From: an uncultured Candidatus Cloacimonadota bacterium
GTDB taxonomy: Bacteria; Cloacimonadota; Cloacimonadia; Cloacimonadales; JAJBBL01
Reading direction: 5' to 3'
Length of the DNA stretch: 64,000 nucleotides
NCBI GenBank assembly: GCA_964464175.1
Contig: CAYXFD010000008.1
Location: forward strand, 31,982 to 95,981
Shown: piece after piece, positions 58,593-64,000 of the stretch
Numbering within the stretch: position 1 is the stretch's first letter
How the letters are laid out: each line of letters starts with the position of its first letter
Notes under the pieces: model-generated
Seen by the model: only the letters and a program-made list of their open reading frames with translations
Told to the model about the DNA's origin: nothing
Databases searched by the model: none
Made by a program: the position numbers and the translations under genes

Positions 58593-59642
58593 ATGAGAAG
58601 ATTTCTTCATCGGTACAAGCCTGATGATTTAACGAGTGGTTTAGACGGCAAACTGATTATCCAAAATGAGATATTGTTAGATAATGTAGCCGAGTTGAAG
58701 GAGGCTATCAGTACTTCGGTCTGCTTTTATGAAAACACTAAGTTTCTTCAAGAATTAGCAATTCTCAACGCAGGTTTGGTTGTTGTTCCGTTAGATTTCG
58801 ATATTAATCTTCTCCCGGAAACCAATCTATTCTTCTGCAAAAAACCCTATTTAACCTTGAATCTTATCGTAGCCAAATGGTTAGAACACGAAAAAGAAGT
58901 GAAGGAATCTTCTGTTCACCCAACAGCAATCATAGCCGACAGTGTTAAGTTAGGTTCCGGAGTTGTAATAGGTGAATATGTAGTTATCGGTAAGGGAACT
59001 CAAATTGAGAACAGATCAATAATCCTGGCTAATACCGTAATTGGTGAGGATGTGATGATCGGTCAGGATTGTCATATCTATCCTAATGTTACTATTTATG
59101 ACCGAACGGAGTTGAGAGACAGGGTTATCTTGCATGCCGGCTGTGTGGTCGGTATGGATGGGTTCGGTTATTTGCAGAATGAAGGGAGGCATGAAAAGGT
59201 TCATCACATCGGAAAACTGATCATAGAAGATGATGTTGAAATAGGAGCTAATACCTGCATCGATAGAGCTACCTTTGGTACATCATTGATAGGAAAAGGT
59301 TCCAAAATTGACAATTTAGTTCAGATCGGTCATAATTGCAGATTAGGGAAGAATGTGATTCTTTGTTCTCAGGTAGGTTTGGCCGGGAATACAGTAATTG
59401 GAGACAATGTTTACTTAGGGGGACAGGTAGGTTCTGCCGGGCATTTGAAGATCAATGATGGGGCAATGATAGGTGCTCAATCAGGGGTGAGAGGCGATGT
59501 TCCTCCCGGGGCGAGATTTTTAGGAACTCCGGCAATCAATGCTTCATTACAGAAGCGGATCATAGTTGCTCTCAAGAGGTTACCCGAGATCCTGACTTTT
59601 TTTAATAAAGCCAAGAAAGATAAGCAAGCAGGAGAGGAGTAG
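58593..59642 (+). CDS. lpxD: UDP-3-O-acylglucosamine N-acyltransferase
   Basis: 349 aa. It has the LpxD N-domain and then left-handed beta-helix hexapeptide repeats (IGEDVMIGQDCHIYPNVTI...). Confidence 0.92.
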   Translation: MRRFLHRYKPDDLTSGLDGKLIIQNEILLDNVAELKEAISTSVCFYENTKFLQELAILNAGLVVVPLDFDINLLPETNLFFCKKPYLTLNLIVAKWLEHEKEVKESSVHPTAIIADSVKLGSGVVIGEYVVIGKGTQIENRSIILANTVIGEDVMIGQDCHIYPNVTIYDRTELRDRVILHAGCVVGMDGFGYLQNEGRHEKVHHIGKLIIEDDVEIGANTCIDRATFGTSLIGKGSKIDNLVQIGHNCRLGKNVILCSQVGLAGNTVIGDNVYLGGQVGSAGHLKINDGAMIGAQSGVRGDVPPGARFLGTPAINASLQKRIIVALKRLPEILTFFNKAKKDKQAGEE

Positions 59643-59715
59643 ATTTTTTTCTCTGCTTTCAAGAGACAGAAGTGGAAGTATAAATATCTAAAGATAAATT
59701 GAAACAGGATAAAGC

Positions 59716-61113
59716 ATGAATGAAAAAGAGATGAAAAAAACAATCAAGGGATCTATCAGTTATACCGGGATTGGCCTACATACCGGAGAAATATCTACAG
59801 TAGTATTCAAGCCTGCAGATGAAAATGAAGGTATTGTTTTTATTCGGACCGATGTTGAAGGTCTGCCCATAATACCGGCTGATATTGATCATGTAATCGA
59901 TATGTCAAGAGGAACGACCATCGGGGTTGATAATGCTTCAGTATCGACGACGGAACATCTTCTGGCAGCAATCAAGGGCTTAGATATTGACAATATCAGA
60001 ATTGAAATCAACGGACCGGAAGTACCTGTTGCAGATGGCAGCTCGCTTGTATTCTATAATTTGCTGAAGAGAGTAGGTACGGTTAAACAAGAAGTAGAAA
60101 GAGAATATCTTGAGTTTGACGGTCCTATTTCATTTTCTGCCCCCCAAGAGAATGTTGATGTTGTTATAGTCCCTTCCAACGAATTGAAGATCACTTTTAT
60201 GGTTGATTACAAACATAAATATCTCGGTACACAATATACCTGGTTCCCATCAATTGAGTATTTCGAGAAAGATTTTGCCCCTGCCCGAACATTTTGTTTT
60301 ATCAGTGAGATCCTGGCTTTAAAGGATGCGGGGCTGATAAAAGGCGGGTCGCTCAACAATGCCTTGGTTATTGCTGATCCTGATATTACCGATGAAACGA
60401 TGAAGGAATTGCAAGAACTTTTTGGTTATAAGGAGAGCATACCTATAGGTGATAATGGGATCGTCAACAACACACCTCTTCGTTTCTACAATGAATTTGT
60501 TCGCCATAAAGTCGTAGATCTTTTAGGAGATATTGCCTTGTTGGGGGTTCCGATTAAGGGGCATATTCTGGCAGCCAGATCAGGACATAAGACAAATGTC
60601 GAGTTGGTTAAGAAATTACGACAGATCTATAAAAAACAGAAACTGCAGAAAATTTACCAGGAGAAGCGAGTTAGTGAGTTAGTCTTTGATATCACAGCAA
60701 TACAAAAGATATTACCACACCGCTATCCTTTCCTGCTCGTCGATAGAATTACTGAATTTGTCAGCAATGAGAAGATAGTGGGTATCAAGAATGTCACAAT
60801 AAATGAGCCCTTTTTCCAGGGTCATTTTCCCGGTCATCCAATTATGCCGGGAGTATTGATTATCGAAGCAATGGCCCAAACCGGCGGGATAATGCTGCTT
60901 AATACCTGTGATAATCCTGACGACTATGTCGCTTACTTTGCAGCGATTGATAATGTTAAATTTCGCAAGCCGGTTGTGCCTGGAGATACCCTAAGGTTTG
61001 TCTTAACAGTAATAAATCTAAAGAAATCTTTGACAAAGATGCATGGAGATGCCTACGTCGGAGAGACAAAAGTATGTGAAGGTGATTTTTTAGCAAAAAT
61101 TGTGAGAAAATGA
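59716..61113 (+). CDS. lpxC/fabZ: bifunctional UDP-3-O-acyl-GlcNAc deacetylase / 3-hydroxyacyl-ACP dehydratase
   Basis: 465 aa. The LpxC half carries GIGLHTGE, TTEHLLAA and HKTNVELV. The FabZ half carries LPHRYPFLLVDRI and GHFPGHPIMPGVL. Confidence 0.93.
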   Translation: MNEKEMKKTIKGSISYTGIGLHTGEISTVVFKPADENEGIVFIRTDVEGLPIIPADIDHVIDMSRGTTIGVDNASVSTTEHLLAAIKGLDIDNIRIEINGPEVPVADGSSLVFYNLLKRVGTVKQEVEREYLEFDGPISFSAPQENVDVVIVPSNELKITFMVDYKHKYLGTQYTWFPSIEYFEKDFAPARTFCFISEILALKDAGLIKGGSLNNALVIADPDITDETMKELQELFGYKESIPIGDNGIVNNTPLRFYNEFVRHKVVDLLGDIALLGVPIKGHILAARSGHKTNVELVKKLRQIYKKQKLQKIYQEKRVSELVFDITAIQKILPHRYPFLLVDRITEFVSNEKIVGIKNVTINEPFFQGHFPGHPIMPGVLIIEAMAQTGGIMLLNTCDNPDDYVAYFAAIDNVKFRKPVVPGDTLRFVLTVINLKKSLTKMHGDAYVGETKVCEGDFLAKIVRK

Positions 61114-61120
61114 GGATTTG

Positions 61121-61894
61121 ATGACTGAAATTCATCCATCAGCAATTGTAGATAACAGAGCAAAGATCGGAGAGAATGTAAAAATTGGACCTTTTTCGAT
61201 TATCGGTGCAAATGTAGAGATAGGTGACCATTGCGTTATTGAGTCAAATGTAAAAATTGAGGGTTGCACAACCATTGGGGAGAACAATCACTTTTATCAT
61301 TCTTCGGTTATCGGCTCTGTTTGTCAGGATCTTAAATACAAAGGAGAACCGACAAGACTGGTAATTGGAAACAACAACAGGTTCAGGGAATTTGTCACAG
61401 TAAATTGCTCAGCAAACCTTGAAGAGGACACAACTATCGGTAACAATTGTTTTCTTATGGCTTATTGCCATATAGCCCATAATTGTCATCTTGGGGATAA
61501 CATCATCATGGCTAACGTTTCAACTTTAGCTGGACACATAACGATAGAAGATAGTGTTACTATCGGTGGTTTGGTGGCAGTACATCAATTTGTCAGGATA
61601 GGTAAATTTGCTTTTATCGGAGGTCTGTCCGGAGTCAAGAAGGATGTACCTCCCTACACGCGGGGACAAGGGATGCCTTTTCGACCGATAGGTCTCAATA
61701 CAGTAGGTTTACAACGAAGAGGATTCAGTTTAGAAGCTATTGACTCCATCAAACAGATTTATAAGATTATCTATCATACGAAATATAATGTTTCTCAAGC
61801 ACTGGAAGTTGCCGATAAATTGAAAGACTTAACCCCCGAGCAGGAGTATTTTCTGGAATTTGTCAGGAACTCAGAGAGAGGGATCTGTAAATAG
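61121..61894 (+). CDS. lpxA: acyl-ACP--UDP-N-acetylglucosamine O-acyltransferase
   Basis: MTEIHPSAIVDNRAKIGENVKIGPFSIIG hexapeptide repeats and an LpxA C-terminal helical domain. I prefer the ATG at 61121 over the TTG at 61118. Confidence 0.93.
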   Translation: MTEIHPSAIVDNRAKIGENVKIGPFSIIGANVEIGDHCVIESNVKIEGCTTIGENNHFYHSSVIGSVCQDLKYKGEPTRLVIGNNNRFREFVTVNCSANLEEDTTIGNNCFLMAYCHIAHNCHLGDNIIMANVSTLAGHITIEDSVTIGGLVAVHQFVRIGKFAFIGGLSGVKKDVPPYTRGQGMPFRPIGLNTVGLQRRGFSLEAIDSIKQIYKIIYHTKYNVSQALEVADKLKDLTPEQEYFLEFVRNSERGICK

Positions 61895-62058
61895 CCTTTT
61901 ACAGCGTTAATCGGGTTTTTTAACTTCATCACACTATCTAAAGCAGAGTATTCTTGATTTCTTTTTAACTTACGCGTAAAAAGCGAGTTGAGAAGATAAT
62001 TGATATTTTCGACGGCAGTCATTGAGATTACAAAATTCTAACTCCAGAGGTATAAATT

Positions 62059-63807
62059 ATGAAGAGATATTTGATTGTTGGTGGAGTCGCAGGAGGAGCT
62101 TCTACTGCTGCCAGATTACGGCGAAATGATGAGGAAGCACAAATCATCATCTTTGAACGCGGGGAGTACATTTCCTATGCAAATTGCGGATTACCCTATT
62201 ATATAGGTGGTGTTATTGAAGAGCGGGATAAACTGTTTGTTTCTTCGGCCGAGTTTTTTGCCAAGCGTTTCAGGATAGAGGTCAGAATCCGGAGTGAAGT
62301 TCTGGAGTTAGATAAGAAGAATAAAAAGATCACAATTTCAGACAAAGAGAAGGGAGAGGTTTATGATGAAACTTACGACAAACTCATTCTTTCTCCCGGA
62401 GCTAAACCTGTTCCACTCTCAATCCAGGGGAGTGATCAATCCGGTGTTTTCAGCCTCCGCACGGTTGAAGATACCGATATAATAAAAAAATTCATTGAGA
62501 AAGAGCGTCCTCAAAGAGGAATAGTTATCGGAGCAGGTTATATTGGTGTTGAGATGACCGAGAATTTGCAGGGGATTTGCAGGGTAGTTTCTCTTATTGA
62601 AATGAGTGACCGGATACTCCCCTTCTTTGATTTTGAAATCTCTTCAGCTTTAAGCAGACATATAAAAGCAAAAGGAGTAAATATTTACCTCAGGGAAAAG
62701 GTTATTGCTCTGGAAAAAAACTCTGAGGGAATCAGGGTGGTTTTAGCGAGCGGCAGGGTGTTAGAAGGAGATATAGTAATTTGTGCTGCCGGTGTTAAGC
62801 CTGATACTGAATGGCTGCAAGAGAGCGGGTTAGAGTTGAGCAGCAATGGAAGCATATTAGTTAATGAGTTTCTTCAGACCAATGATGAAGCTATCTATGC
62901 CGTCGGAGATGCTATTCAGGCTACTCACGGGATATTACAGCAGAAATTCAACGCCTATTTAGCAGGTCCGGCAAGCAAACAGGGCCGGATAGCAGCAGAT
63001 AACATCAGTTATGGTAATAAAAAGAAGTGCCAGGCATTATTCGGCACTTCAATACTGAAAGTTTTTGATTTAACAGCGGGTTTTACCGGAGTATCGGAGC
63101 AGCAATTGAGAAATATTGACCGGACTGTTTTATCGGTGATGATCCATAGTGCCGATCATGCAGGATATTATCCCAATGCCTTACCAATATCCCTCAAACT
63201 TCTTTTTACTCCTGAAAAAGGGAGTATTCTGGGAGCACAGATAATTGGATACCAGGGAGTGGATAAAAGGATAGATATTGTATCTGCCTTTATGCAAAAA
63301 GGGGGCACTATTCAGGATTTGATTTTTTTTGAGCACTCTTATGCCCCGCCTTTTTCATCTGCCAGAGATCCTTTAACTCTTGCCGGTCAAGTTGCGGAGA
63401 ATGTGTTGAACAAGAGGTTCAATATCATCAGCTGGGAAGATTTGAAGTCGGAAAAGTATAGAGATGTCCTGTTAGTTGATGTGCGGACAGAGGAGGAATA
63501 TCAATGTTGCACAATACCCAACAGTATCAATATTCCTTTAGACGAACTGCGGAGGAGAATTGAAGAATTACCGAGAGACAGGAACATTGTTCTTTTTTGC
63601 CGGGTAGGATTAAGGGCTTATCTTGCCTGCCGGATTCTTATGCAGAAAGGCTACACCAAGGTTTTTAACCTTTCGGGAGGCTACAAAACATATCAATTTG
63701 TTTATTGCCGTAACAGAAGGGTAGATATCTATGCCGGAGAGAAAATCCATTCTGATGACCAGCTATACGAGGATTGCAAGAATATGTCATGTCCTTATAC
63801 TTATTGA
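62059..63807 (+). CDS. CoA-disulfide reductase-type FAD/NAD(P) oxidoreductase fused to a C-terminal rhodanese domain
   Basis: 582 aa. FAD site VGGVAGGAS, redox Cys in SYANCGLPY and NAD site VIGAGYIGVE. The C-terminal rhodanese has an active-site loop FCRVGLRA. Confidence 0.85.
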   Translation: MKRYLIVGGVAGGASTAARLRRNDEEAQIIIFERGEYISYANCGLPYYIGGVIEERDKLFVSSAEFFAKRFRIEVRIRSEVLELDKKNKKITISDKEKGEVYDETYDKLILSPGAKPVPLSIQGSDQSGVFSLRTVEDTDIIKKFIEKERPQRGIVIGAGYIGVEMTENLQGICRVVSLIEMSDRILPFFDFEISSALSRHIKAKGVNIYLREKVIALEKNSEGIRVVLASGRVLEGDIVICAAGVKPDTEWLQESGLELSSNGSILVNEFLQTNDEAIYAVGDAIQATHGILQQKFNAYLAGPASKQGRIAADNISYGNKKKCQALFGTSILKVFDLTAGFTGVSEQQLRNIDRTVLSVMIHSADHAGYYPNALPISLKLLFTPEKGSILGAQIIGYQGVDKRIDIVSAFMQKGGTIQDLIFFEHSYAPPFSSARDPLTLAGQVAENVLNKRFNIISWEDLKSEKYRDVLLVDVRTEEEYQCCTIPNSINIPLDELRRRIEELPRDRNIVLFCRVGLRAYLACRILMQKGYTKVFNLSGGYKTYQFVYCRNRRVDIYAGEKIHSDDQLYEDCKNMSCPYTY

Positions 63808-63824
63808 TAAGAAGGAGGAAAGCC

Positions 63825-64000
63825 ATGTCAGGAATTGTCTTTTACAAAACCGAGAAATTGCAGGAGATCGTACATTTTTACACAAACAGAATCGGATCTG
63901 AGGTTTGGCTTGATCAAGGAAAGTGTGTGATATTGAAACACGGCAATATGTTGTTTGGTTTCTGTGAAGGTGAAAAAGCGGATATCGATGGTATTCTAAC
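63825..64000 (+). CDS. partial CDS (5' end), possibly a VOC/glyoxalase-fold protein
   Basis: The ATG at 63825 sits 7 nt after GAAGGAGG, and the frame is open to the window end. MSGIVFYKTEKLQEIVHFYTNRIGSEVWLDQG... loosely resembles VOC N-termini. The function is uncertain. Confidence 0.4.
   Translation, partial: MSGIVFYKTEKLQEIVHFYTNRIGSEVWLDQGKCVILKHGNMLFGFCEGEKADIDGIL

Overview
This is a 64-kb chromosomal window from a diderm bacterium of moderate to low GC. All calls rest on hand reading, motif recognition and the supplied ORF track; no searches were run. The gene content fits the FCB group and, as inference only, Cloacimonadota. The supporting genes are kdd-kamA lysine fermentation, two secreted proteins with T9SS-type C-terminal sorting domains (FPNPFNP...GVYLIRY), fused lpxC-fabZ, and skp-lpxD-lpxC/fabZ-lpxA. 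I call about 58 protein genes and one tRNA(CAT), with no rRNA and no CRISPR. Three genes are missing from the ORF track: comEC, which runs off the left edge, rpmH (44 aa) and a 2x[4Fe-4S] ferredoxin (56 aa). Most of the window is housekeeping: dxr, a UvrD/PcrA helicase, obg, dprA, dinB, hup, the rpmH-rnpA-yidD-yidC-jag cluster, an Mla/MCE lipid-transport operon, ftsY, tatD, rpsT, cmk-plsC-ispH-rpsA, aroK, recD2, rpoD-dnaG-mutS2, cvpA, rpsU, the lipid A genes and a CoA-disulfide-reductase/rhodanese fusion. There is one clear accessory islet at about 21.65-25.6 kb. It holds a Dam-class methyltransferase with a RadC-type HhH N-domain, and an AlwI-family restriction gene cut after codon 50 by an intact 1,735-bp IS1634-family element. 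It ends with a perfect 70-bp palindrome carrying CCCGTA hexamers phased at 11 bp, just upstream of the lysine operon. The best candidates for something under-described are three. The first is that dyad/iteron-like element. The second is the P-loop plus MutS-domain-V gene pair translationally coupled to kamA, with no kamDE following. The third is the RadC-HhH::methyltransferase architecture. I see no unambiguous novel multi-gene defence system, and most of the window is ordinary core genome.
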